From: Lytechinus pictus | Taxonomy: Eukaryota | Assembly (NCBI RefSeq): GCF_037042905.1 | Contig: NC_087250.1 | Location: forward strand, 7,876,001 to 7,940,000 | DNA: 64,000 nt | Direction of reading: 5' to 3' | Part shown: piece by piece, positions 25,301 to 36,721 of the stretch | Numbering within the stretch: the first letter of the stretch is position 1 | Layout: every line of letters starts with the position of its first letter | Program-made: the position numbers and the translations under genes | Notes under the pieces: generated by a model | Databases searched by the model: none | Seen by the model: the letters and a program-made list of their open reading frames with translations, nothing else | What the model was told of the DNA's origin: nothing

Positions 25301-26973
25301 TATCCAAGTGAAGCCCCTTTCACAATAGTGAATTATGTAAGAAAAAGAAAGAAATTGATGGCCTAATTCATCACCATCAATAATCATGATAATTGAAAAA
25401 AATAACATGGAAATAACAATGACAGTAATACTAACGATAATAACAGTAATCATAGATATAAAATAAAAATGATAATGATGATAGGCCTGTAATGGTAAAA
25501 ATGTTGATTATGAATGATGATTTTTCTAAAAATAATAGGAGCTTGATCTATTATCCGTATCTCAATAGTACTGGCTATTAAAATGAAATAATGACTAATA
25601 AGCTTAATCTTAATTTGTCATAGGCATGATAGCGTTCTTTGATGGTTGATAAAAAACATGGCATCAATACTGAATCTTGCTTGTGGTTTAATAAAAAAGT
25701 TATGATATAAAATTATAATAAAAAACAAACAATTATGTTCGAGTTAGCATCTGTGTCTGGCTTAAGTAGGCCTTCATGACGAAATACAAACAACACAATC
25801 AGAAACCAATCTGTCCAGATTCCTATTATTACTTTTGATGGTGCAAGCATAGGCCTTTACGTAGAAAAAAGACAGATTTGATAATGAACAATGAACGCGA
25901 AATAACCAAGGACAAGACGTATTAAAAAAACTGTCGTATGTGACGATTAATTAATTTCATTGAAATTATCAAGGATATGCAGAATTAAGAAAGTTTCTTT
26001 TAATCATGATTACGATTTTTTTATCAGCGTTTTTAACATTTTCAAAAGAAAGATTTTCAAATCCTTAAAAGCGGGGTCTATGAGTTGGGGGATGTTAGAC
26101 TTCTTGCATGATTTTAAGAAACACATCTGTGAAAATATCCTTCATGGAATTAATGGAAGAAAAATAAAGCGGAATAAAAACAAAGACGGCGTGTGCCTCT
26201 GTGTGTTGGTTTTTACGGTGGTATAAACACAGTTCGCTTTACTCATTTTACCCCGGCATTTTACGTTTTAAACTCTTCTCATAAAGGTGATGAAAGTTCT
26301 TAAGATGCCACGAAATTGATAATAACTTCAAAAAAGAAGGAAGAGATGAAGGAGAAGAAAAATGAGGAGATTAAACTCCCGGATTAGACTCATGGTAGTA
26401 TAGGGCCGATACAGGCGCTGGTATAGACTCAAAAATGTTTAGTCCGCATTCAACATGGACGCCACGCACAATCGCGCCTGAAAGCACGATGTGACAATAG
26501 ACAGAGAACAATACCAGACACGGCAAAAGGCACGCAAAATGCCTCACGGTCCAATAAAATAGCTTGTGTTTCTCTCTAAAAAAAACGTATAATTAATGGT
26601 TGAAACGATTACAAAAACTTATTTTCTTTGAGGAGAGATCTCAAGGATTCAGGAAAACCCAATTTTATTGTAAATCATTGACAGTTGCTAAGCACTTTCA
26701 TTCAATGAAAGGATGACTTTCCGCGTGAAACATGTGAAAAAGGCTCCGAGAAGTCTGAAAGCGGGCGAAACTTCAGAAGCGATTTTCTCGTAAAAATACT
26801 TTTTATAAACTCTCGTACCTGGGACATTTAAAGACTATTTTCTCAGCAAATACTATGTCCCTTAGCATGTGCTATATACCAAATTAAAGCTTGAGAAATG
26901 GAGAATCATAATCTTAGAAAAAATTATGTTTCAAAAAATCGAATTCTGTCTGCTTTTGACAGGACGTGTCACA
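22369..26973. mobile_element. 4.6-kb TGTGAC...GTCACA TIR element inserted in a (TA)n tract; no transposase ORF seen
   Basis: tgtgacttgacctgtcgaaatcagacagaattcg vs cgaattctgtctgcttttgacaggacgtgtcaca; TA repeats on both sides; internal direct duplications. Confidence 0.8.
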
Positions 26974-27079
26974 TATATATATTGTAAAGAAATGGATGAA
27001 GAGAACAATGGTAGGCGTAGCTTAAATCAAGGTTCCCCAGAGCTATCTACCCTTTGGAAAAATTGGTGATGCCGAAAAA

Positions 27080-27151
27080 TGTCTCTGCCGGGAATCGAAC
27101 CTGGGCCCCCAGCTTTGAACGCCGGTGCCTTAACCACTAGACCACAGAGAC
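27080..27151 (-). tRNA. tRNA-like gene or pseudogene, anticodon TCA, in left arm
   Basis: GTCTCTG/CAGAGAC acceptor stem, GTCT/AGGC D-stem, CCGGC-GTTCAAA-GCTGG anticodon arm, T-arm with one mismatch, followed by T5. Confidence 0.55.
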
Positions 27152-27249
27152 GGGTTAGTGGCTAGGGCGACCCCGATCCGATTGACCGTCAGATAGACAA
27201 ATTTTCGACACTATACCAATTATAATTTCCTTTGTCGGGTGAAGGTCAA

Positions 27250-27680
27250 GGTCAATTTTCACTTTCTTTTCTAGGTAGCAATTTCTGGAATAAAGTACCA
27301 GTCGAAATCAAATTGAAGAAATCAAGAAAAAGTTTTAGGAATTCTCTAAAAAGTTATTTGTCTTCATAAATTCACGCCATCAACGTGTAAGTCTACAGTA
27401 AATAATTAATACAATTAAGATACTTCAAAAAATGTTGATGATAACCCATTACAAGGAATATATTGTAATTTAGATTTTTGTTTTGTTTTGTTTTTCCTTC
27501 TTAAATGTGCATTTTGTAATATTTGTAGGGCCAGGCTCGATTAGCACTTGTGCTATTTTCTGGTCCCATTTACCATTGTATTTTTATACATGTGTAACTG
27601 TTATGCAATTTGTTTTATAACCTGTAAACATGTGAATATTGTTGGTAAATAAATAAATCAAATCAAATCAAATCAAATCA
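27250..27680 (+). mobile_element. 3' end of a LINE (CR1/L2-like) inserted in the foldback spacer
   Basis: FWNKVPVEIK...RKSFRNSLKSYL* coding tail, AT-rich UTR, aataaa then (aaatc)n tail; aagg on both sides. Confidence 0.6.
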
Positions 27681-27733
27681 AGGTGGGTTTCGAACAATGA
27701 CAATCGGATCGGGGTCGCCCTAGCCACTAACCC

Positions 27734-27805
27734 GTCTCTGTGGTCTAGTGGTTAAGGCACCGGCGTTCAAAGCTGGGGGCCCGGGTTCGATTCCCGTCAG
27801 AGACA
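27734..27805 (+). tRNA. tRNA-like gene or pseudogene, anticodon TCA, in right arm
   Basis: 72-nt cloverleaf, A-box tggtctagtgg, B-box ggttcgattcc, followed by T6. Confidence 0.55.
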
Positions 27806-27950
27806 TTTTTTCGGCATCACCAATTTTTCCAAAGGGTAGATAGCTCTGGGGAACCTTGATTTAAGCTACGCCTACCATTGTTCTCTTCATCCATTTCTTT
27901 ACAATATTTAAATAAAATAGTTGCCAAAGCTGTTGTACATGTATAACTTT

Positions 27951-27984
<34 letters not shown>

Positions 27985-28320
27985 GACATATATATATATA
28001 TGCCTATGTGTGTGTGTGGGTGGGTGGGTGTTTTTTGTGATCGAGCCCTTTGGAACGCTGATTCATGATTTTGCCCCCCCAATCTGAAAAATGGATCGAC
28101 GCCCCTGCATGCGGATAGTTGATGATGGTAGACGTAGACCAAATGATAGTAGACGAGTTGGTCATTGGACGACTTGGTATTAGACCAATTGGAAATAAAC
28201 CCTTGTATTCGCTGCATCACGAGAGTATGATAATAATCAATACATTTTTTAATTGTTTGATTCCAATGATTTTGAAATATGTGGTTATCACTTTGATCAT
28301 AAACCGATGAAAGGGTATCA

Positions 28321-28700
28321 GGACAACTACCCCCTGGACAATCACCCCCCGGACAACTACCCCCCGGACAATTACCCCCCTAGGACAATTACCCCCCGGA
28401 CAATTACCCCCCGGACAATTACCCCCTGAGGACAACTACCCCCCGAGGACAATTACCCCCCGGACAATTACCCCCCGGACAACTACCCCCCGGACAACTA
28501 CCCCCCGGACAATTACCCCCCGGACAACTACCCCCCGGACAATTACCCCCCGGACAACTACCCCCCCGGACAATTACCCCCCGGACAATTACCCCCGGAC
28601 AACTACCCCCCGGACAACTACCCCCCGGACAATTACCCCCCGGACAACTACCCCCCGGACAACTACCCCCCGGACAACTACCCCCCGGACAATTACCCCC
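28321..28700. repeat. 15-bp minisatellite GGACAA(C/T)TACCCCCC, left arm
   Basis: About 25 tandem units. Confidence 0.95.
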
Positions 28701-30967
28701 TATATAGACAAAGGGAGTGCACAGAGTCATACGTCGGCCGTACGTTTGACGTAAGAAGTACTCAAGGCATTCTCGAGTATCTTGGAATCAAACGTACGCC
28801 GTAGGAAAGCTGTAAAATTGAGCTCCATCCATAGGCGGATCCAGGGGGGGGCGAGGGGCCCGCCCCCCCCCCCCCTATCGGCAGAGCAAAACAAATGAAG
28901 AAAAAAGGGGGGAAAGAAAGAAAAAAGAAAAAGAAGGGGAAAGAAAGGAGGAAAAATAAGAGTTAAAATAAGAGTTAAAATAAGAGGGAGACGAGTGAAA
29001 AAAAAAAAGGTCAGGGGATGACTTGGAAAATGATAAAAAAATATATTTCATGTCACTATATTAATTTTTTCGCTCGCGCTTCGGGCTCGCATAGCCTGTT
29101 CGATGAGATACACATCTTGCTAAATAGGCTGATATGTAGCTTAAAATGTCAAGTTTTGAAGTCGATTTTACAAAGCATATTTCAGCTCGGACAATATTCA
29201 TAATTTTGTTTGATTTACAAACTGATTTTTAAGTGCTCTGTTAAATGTCCGTTTTATGGTGTGAATATAACTTGCAGCTTGCGCTATGCGCTCGCATTAT
29301 TTGATTTGCCAAATTATATAACAAACTACTTAAAACCCCCCTTTTATGACAGTTTACCAAAAATTTCGTCTTACGATTTGCGCTCGCATTTTTGTTTAAA
29401 ATATATCAACTCACATATCCTATTCATGATTACAAAAGTGCTTAAAATATCCAGTTTTCAGGCCTCAGTGTCAACACATTTTACTCACTCATTTAGGCTT
29501 ATTACATTAATAAATATGATAATAAAATTTTCATGAATTCTTAATGACTAAATTGTCCCTTTTCAGAAAAAAATATCGACAATATCACAGTTTCATATGT
29601 TTCATATCGCGCTCAGGAAGAGGAATAAGAAAGTTGTCATCATTTTCATATGATGACAAAATGTCCTTAGACCTAGAATGTCCAGGTCCTAGGTCAAAAT
29701 AATAATGAAGATATCAGCTCGCGCTTCACACTCGCATCATTTATTAAGTGCTTTCCACATCCACTTCACAATTTCCATTCACAATGCTTTAGATAGTGCT
29801 CAAATTCACAATTTTCATACCGGAATATCAAGTATTTTCCGCTCGCGCTTCGCGCTCGCATTGCTTTTTCGATGAGATTAATATCATGCTCAATATAGGC
29901 TGATATGGAGCTTAAAATATCAAGTTTCGAAGTCAATATACAAAACATATTTCATCTCGGATATCGAGCTTTCATTATTGTTTTAATTTACAAATTGATT
30001 TTTCAAGTGCTCTGTAAAATGTCCGTTTTATGGTCTAAATATTAATATTTTCAGCTCACGGTGCTCGGTCGCATTATTTGATTTGCATGGGCCTACTTCT
30101 TTATAAATTCTTACAAACCGTCCTTAAAATGCACCTTAAACGAATTGTATACTATCATGATTGCCAATTTGTATAGAAAAAACACTGTATTTGATTATGT
30201 CATATTGTTTACAATTTAGTAAATTTGGTACTTAATTTCCTTCTTTAATGTTTAATTGCTTTCACCCAAGAATAATACACACAAACACACCTTGTAATTT
30301 ACAAGGTGTTCTTGTGTGTATTATCTTTGCATAAAGTTTTTTAGCTAACTGTATTAAGTTATAAAGCCACATCTTAATCTGGAATGTGCACCAATTGTTT
30401 CATAATTCTTAGCTTCTTGTTAGTTGAACTGTTAAAAAAACAGATTTATAGGTCTACTTGACAGTGTTAGTGTTCATAGTTGCGTTATCGACTTTCAATT
30501 TTTCTACCTATTAAGGTGTTTTTTTTACGTTTTATCTATTTGCCTGATTTCTTACCTGAAATTAAACCCAAAATAAATATTTAAAAAAATCAGATCAGTT
30601 GGAATCAGGGATATTCAGCATATGTGATTATTATGACTAATCGTGTTCAATTGTTCTATGAAAACTTAGAATGAGGGCCAGTTTACAAATTTTCTGATGT
30701 ATATATGCATAGCCAAACGGGAGGTTTCGGGTGCAAGCCCCCCCCCCCATTTTTCATGATGCAGAAGGCGCCGCTAAACAAAAACAAAAAAGGAAAAAAG
30801 AAGAAAGTGAGAAAACAGGAGAAAGAGCAATATAAAAGAGAAAGAAAAAGTTATTAAAGTAAGATAAAGTAGAAAATATTTCGGAAACCTGTGCCACCAA
30901 CCAAAACTTACAATGGGTCCCGCCTTATTCTAACATTGATGCTGGATAGAAGGGGGGATTTTCTGAA

Positions 30968-31358
30968 GGTAATTGTCTGGGGGTAATTGTCCGGGGGGGT
31001 AGTTGTCCAGGGGGTAATTTTCCGGGGGGTAAATGTCCGGGGGGTAATTTTCCGGGGGGTAATTGTCCGGGGGGTAGTTGTCCGGGGGGTAGTTGTCCGG
31101 GGGGTAATTGTCCGGGGGGTAGTTGTCCGGGGGGTAATTGTCCGGGGGGTAGTTGTCCGGGGGTAATTGTCCGGGGGGTAATTGTCCGGGGGGTAGTTGT
31201 CCGGGGGGTAATTGTCCGGGGGGTAATTGTCCTCGGGGGGTAGTTGTCCTCGGGGGGTAATTGTCCGGGGGGTAATTGTCCGGGGGGTAATTGTCCTCGG
31301 GGGGTAATTGTCCGGGGGGTAGTTGTCCGGGGGGTGATTGTCCAGGGGGTAGTTGTCC
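30968..31358. repeat. 15-bp minisatellite GGGGGGTA(A/G)TTGTCC, right arm
   Basis: Reverse complement of the 28321-28700 array. Confidence 0.95.
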
Positions 31359-32313
31359 TAGAACCCGATGAAAGCCCTCTTTACTACGGGTTGAGAGGGG
31401 GAGGGGGTCATAGTAGAAGTTATTCTGCTGTGAAAACCCTTCAGTCGAGTTAAGTGGTCTAAATACGAAGAATACAATGACTTGTGCATATAACGAGGGC
31501 CCTCAATCTCATATAATTATGCTAGTCTTGTGTGAAGACCTACTTGTTAATCAAAGTTCCGATCGGGCTTTGTGCCTGCAGCTAGAGGAATAGGTAAAAG
31601 CGACAGTGTGACTGTTTACAGCGTGTTCACAAGGGGGACTATGTGAGTATGCGATTCACACCGTTTAAACATAGAGCTATTTCTGTAATAGCTCTATGGT
31701 TTAAATGCTGAAATTTAACAGCGTGAAGGTGATTTCACATTGTGTTCCACACTGTGAACACACTGTGGAACACTGGCTTCTTTCCAGTAGGGATTATTCC
31801 CGATAATCAACATAACATCAGTTTTTCTCATTCTCATGTCACTTCTAACCAGTGAGTAAATGAGTTTTCATTAAATAGATATAAGGATTGCTCAAACTTT
31901 CGTTCTGGAATAGCAGCTTTATATTTCGTTTCATTTTTCTTCACGATTTTCATTTCGTTGATTGATAAGCAAGTGAACCTTAATTTCCTCAGTAATATAT
32001 GAATTTTATTTCAAACGACTGAAACAACTTTTTCAAAGCTATAGCTCACTACACTCGCTCGCCGCTAGCTTTCAGTCTTTGACACTTACACCCCGTGAAA
32101 GACATTTCTGGATACCATTCAGTCTTCAAACCACTGAAAATTTGCTCGCTCGCACAGTCATATGCATGGTCAACCCATCTGTAAATCAATAATCTCTTTC
32201 ACAAGAAAACCATTACAACAGCCATCGACAAAAAAAAATCGCATCATGTTTTTTAACTTTCATTACAAAACGTGATAGATGGTAATATTGACACGTTTTA
32301 TTTACCCCCATAT

Positions 32314-32887
32314 AGGGGGGGGGGGCACTTCCATTGACGAGTACGTGGATACCATGCGCGACCATGGGGTCTCGAAAAGCACCCTAAACACGTATTTTCC
32401 ATATTCTGAAAATGTACCCCTTAACAAGTTTTAGCGTCTGAAACCCTACCCTTAACAAGTATTGGAAACATAATGATACTCTTGGCAAGTATTCCCTGAA
32501 ATGAACCCCTAAACAAGTATAGCGATATTTTATTGTTATGTCACGGGTCCGTACGTCGGTCGTCGGCTTTACCTTTACACATCATTTGGTTTAGTACGGC
32601 CCCACCTTCCACACCTCGCGCAAATCGGACTCTAAACGCGTAGTGTTGGGGCAAAAAGGACATCCTTTATAAAACATTTCAATTTGTTTTAAATTTGACC
32701 CTAAACACGTAGCTTTCCTAGCGAAATAGATATCCTTTTTTGATTATTTTTTGTTTTTGACACCCTTATCACGTTACGTATTATAACGTACGTAACGTGC
32801 CCTATCTTGAAAAAGACATCCTTTTTACGTGTTTTTTTGGTCGCGCATGCTATCCACTCGTCAATGTAAGTGCCCCCCCCCCCCGGG
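32314..32887. mobile_element. MITE, CCCGG-ended family, copy 3
   Basis: Same TIRs and interior as the 15944 and 19064 copies. Confidence 0.85.
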
Positions 32888-34093
32888 CCCTTGACGCGGG
32901 GAAGCCCCCGAAATTTTGAACTTTCACGAAAGTGTCAATACATTGCTATATCATTCCCCACTACTCGGAACGGATTACGCCACTCTCTGCATAATACCAC
33001 AAAAGGAAAGAGCATATACACGAACGCATGTGGAATGATCTACTTACGGAACAGCCAAATAAAACGGTCAGACAAAATTCCTAGAGAAATGCGCGCTCTG
33101 TTTCGTATACACGTACCACTTTCGGCTGGTACAGCCGAGAAAGCTTTTAACCAATCAAATACAGTAGGGATAAGTCAATAGCCAATAATATTTAGAGGGG
33201 CGTATACTTCAGAATACTTTCTAAGAATATTATTATCAGAGATCCCAAACTCATTATCATTATCAATTGATTGGGTCTATGGGATAAAATTATTGTAAAT
33301 TTAGCTAAAATTTTATTCTAAGCCAGTACTGTAATTCAACAGACATACTACTCGTCAGAGATACTGCACACAGGTATAACGAGTTGATCGTCTTCATCAA
33401 AATACTATATTCAGCTCTCGGTGAATACAACAAGTTGTTGTTAATGACAACCTGAGTGTCTGGCTCTTCTTGGGATTCCACATTTGCAAAATTAGAATCG
33501 TTATATTACGGAAGTAAAACCAACGAGAAATTGTGAGTACATAATATTATTTTAATATCACATATTTTTTTATTGTAAAAAAAAACGGATTTTGATTTTA
33601 TTATGTAGGCTTGCAGGATATATTATCATTCTGAGTGTTAATAGGTGAATATTGTGATGGTGCCAAGAATATTGTATTAGTATCATGCAAAGATGATTTA
33701 TTATTTACTATAGGACAAGTTGATGAAGGTGGTGAAATATATACTTTTGGAAAATAATAACTACATTCTTTTTTAAACAGATATGTTTAACATGCCAAGA
33801 GAATTTAACCTGATATATGTCTATAAATGTTTGGTTTTTTTAACAAATCACTAGAAAAGGGTATAACTAATAGGCCTATAATTTATCTATGTATATTTGA
33901 CTTGACAGGGTGTTTACATGGTGTAGGTTTTAGTGATCTGTGGTAGTGGCGGTGGTCACGGTGGTGGTTGTGGCTGTTGTAGTGGTAGTGTGGTGCTGAT
34001 TCTTTTGTTTTTTTTTCAACCTGATTGTTGTTATATAGCAATTAATCTTGAATGCTTAAAAGCAACAAATTATGTTGAGGACCAAAGGCTTAC

Positions 34094-34331
34094 ACTGTAA
34101 AAACTGTGGTGTTAAAACTGACACCAGTTGGTGTTAAGAGAGGACCACACCCTGAGGTATTGAAATTACACCCTAGAGATTGGACATAACACCATAGAGT
34201 GTAAATGTAACAACCAAAGGTGTTGTAATAACACCTATAGGTGTTAAACTAACACTGTAAATTTAACACCAGTGTAAAATAACCGATGTGGTCCTCTATG
34301 TACACCGGTTAACACCGTAGTTTTTGCTGTG
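34094..34331. mobile_element. CACT-terminated MITE with acacc/ggtgt internal repeats
   Basis: ta|cactgtaaaaactgtggtgttaa ... ttaacaccgtagtttttgctgtg|ta. Confidence 0.7.
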
Positions 34332-34874
34332 TAAGGTCCTCTCCGAGGGACCTGGGCACCGTCTTACCAAGAGTTACGATAGATCCAGTCAATCTCGACT
34401 GTATGGTAATCCATACCATAATTTTTTTTTCTACAGGAAAATGCTCATAATCTCCTTACTAAATAAAAAAGAATCACATCCCTTTTGAGAGGCACAATTA
34501 AGATTTTTAATGTAAAAATGCCTTTAAAACAGAAGCGTGCCCCCTTTTGAAAGTGAAGACCTTTGAAATAACAAAAGTTATATGCACATCCTGGTCCATC
34601 TATGCAAATGAAGGGAACTGATGACGTCACTCACTCACTAATTCTTGTGTATTTTATTATCTGAAATATGAAATATACCAATTTTCTCTTCATTGTCCTG
34701 TGAAACAAAATTTTATTTTTGCCTGAACATGTGGTATTATACTCTTGGTTTTCATGGTTCCGTCAAATCTGTAAAAAATGAAATATTGGATAATTCAAAC
34801 AATAAAAAAAGAAAAAGAAATGGTGAGTGAGGTACATCGTTGACTCTTTCATTTGCAGTGTAACCCAATGCCGT

Positions 34875-35296
34875 ATACATTCGTAATTCCGAAGCTTCGT
34901 TATTCCGAAGGTTCGTTAATCCGAAAGCGAAATAAGGTTCGTTGTTCCGAAGGTTCGTTTATCCGAAAACGAAATGAGGTTCGTTGTTCATTTCGTTTTC
35001 GGACTAACGAACCTTCGGAATTACGAGCCTCATTTCGTTTTCGAATTAACGAACCTTCGGAATTACAAACCTCCATTCGTTTTCGGACTAATGAACCTTC
35101 GGAACTACGACTCTCATTTCCTGTTCGGATTAACGAACCTTCCGCATTACGCCACAAATGTTCGGATTAACGAACCCTTTTTCGTTTTCGGATTAACGAA
35201 CATCGAGGTATCGGCAATTTACGTGTTTCGGAATTACGAACCTTCGGAATAAAGAACCTTCGGAATTATGAACCTTCGGAATTACGAAGTGTAACC
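34875..35296. repeat. Inverted array of ttccgaaggttcgtt/aacgaaccttcggaa units inserted in a Kolobok-like MITE
   Basis: Units switch orientation near 34985; flanks at 34560-34857 and 35300-35450 match the TTAA MITE family. Confidence 0.8.
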
Positions 35297-36051
35297 ACTG
35301 AATGCATATAAAATTGTGAAAAATCAGCGAAACTTAAAAATGCCGTGGCTTTCTTCCGATTTCGTTGAAATGTCAGCGTTATGCTTGTTTGATTTTATCT
35401 ATTCTTTCATATCAACACCATTATCTGGGGTGCATGGACTTGACCTTTAGATAGACGGGACGGAATCATTGGTCTCGGTCTATCCAGAAACAGGGGCTAT
35501 AACGGCAGACGATATAGTCATTGTCAAGAAACTCAAGGAAGAAATATGAGCATCAATTAAAGAAGAAGTATAGTAAAGCATTATTGCATTGCATACATTT
35601 TTTAAAGCGGAAGTGAACTGTGTGTGGTCTCTCATTGGCTGTGTGTTATAAATACATAGTCTTAAAATATACGTTTTCAGATATCTTAAGACTACAGATA
35701 ATAAATTGACCTAATTGTACTTGTATCGAGAAACTAAAATGTTTTGAGAGGAAAAGTAACTGTTTTGCTACTTTGTAACTTAACTATTGCGGTATAAAAT
35801 GTATTGTGTAGTTAATTACATGTTATCATTCAAGTGGGTCTATATTACTAGACTACACTAGCATTATGGGTCAGGAAACTGGCCAGGTATGAGTAGTTGA
35901 GGACTTGAGATGGCGCCATTGGTTCGTATCTGCTTTAATATCGTCATATGTTGATGGTTTGCCAATACTATGTTATTATTATTGATCGTAAATAACTTTG
36001 ATAAAGGTTTCTTGAAACTCCTATTTGTGCGAATTAATTGTAGTCTGTTAA

Positions 36052-36721
36052 CGGTCAAGTCCACCCCAGAAAAATGTTGATTTGAATAATTAAAATAGAA
36101 AAAAAAAATCAAACTAGCATAACGCAGAAAATTTCAGCAAAATCGGATGTAAAATAAGAAAGTTATGACATTTTAAAGTTTTCCTTATTTTTCTCAAAAC
36201 AGTGATATGCACAACAGAGTGACATGCAAACATAGAGATACATACACATAACGCGTAATCTATGCATGCAAATGAGACAGTCGATCATGTCCCTCACTCA
36301 CTATTTCTTTTGTTTTTATTCTTTGAATTATACAATATTTTTTTTTACAGATTTGACAATAAGGACCAACTTGACTATATAAAAAAATAGTAAAACATTA
36401 TAGTACTGAATAATGATAAGTCCACATGTTCAGGAAGGAGTTGATTATTGTTTCACTTGACAATGAAGAGAAAATGAGGATTTTTTTTCTATATCTCATC
36501 CAATAAAATACAAAAGAAATAGTAAGTGGATGACGTCATCAGTCTCCTCATTTGCATACCGACCAGGATGTGCGTATAACTGTTTTGTGACATTAAGTGA
36601 CATTTTAAAATGTCATAACTTTCTTATTTTACATCCGATTTTGATGAAACTTTCAGGGTTAAGCTTGTTGGATCTTTCTCTTTTTATTCATATCAACTTT
36701 TTGTTGGGATGGACTTGTCCT
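36052..36721. mobile_element. Kolobok-like TTAA MITE copy
   Basis: TTAA|cggtcaagtccacccc ... ggatggacttgtcct|TTAA. Confidence 0.85.

Larger units (their letters stand above)
26983..27903. mobile_element. Foldback element with ~202-bp inverted arms, TGT...ACA termini and ATAT flanks
   Basis: 26983-27184 is the near-perfect reverse complement of 27701-27903. Confidence 0.88.
21652..28107. mobile_element. hAT-like non-autonomous element expanded by nested insertions
   Basis: TIRs cagaggcgtcgatcc / ggatcgacgcccctg; perfect 8-bp TSD catgcgga at 21644-21651 and 28108-28115. Confidence 0.88.
28314..31365. mobile_element. Foldback (FB/TU/MULE-like) element with minisatellite arms
   Basis: ggtatcaggacaactaccc ... 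gggtagttgtcctagaacc; perfect 9-bp TSD cgatgaaag at 28305-28313 and 31366-31374. Confidence 0.88.

Noticed and set aside
27734..27805. Selenocysteine tRNA call
   Set aside because: TCA anticodon, but a 4-nt variable loop and standard 7/5 stems; tRNA-Sec needs a long variable arm and an extended acceptor stem
28217..28730. ORFs with (GGNCP/GGSCP)n repeats, also 31244-31453
   Set aside because: Translations of the 15-bp minisatellite arms of a foldback element; frameshifting units and no splice or start context
28321..31358. CRISPR-like appearance of regular short repeats, also 34875-35296 and 46279-46757
   Set aside because: Units are contiguous with no unique spacers, there are no cas genes, and the context is eukaryotic
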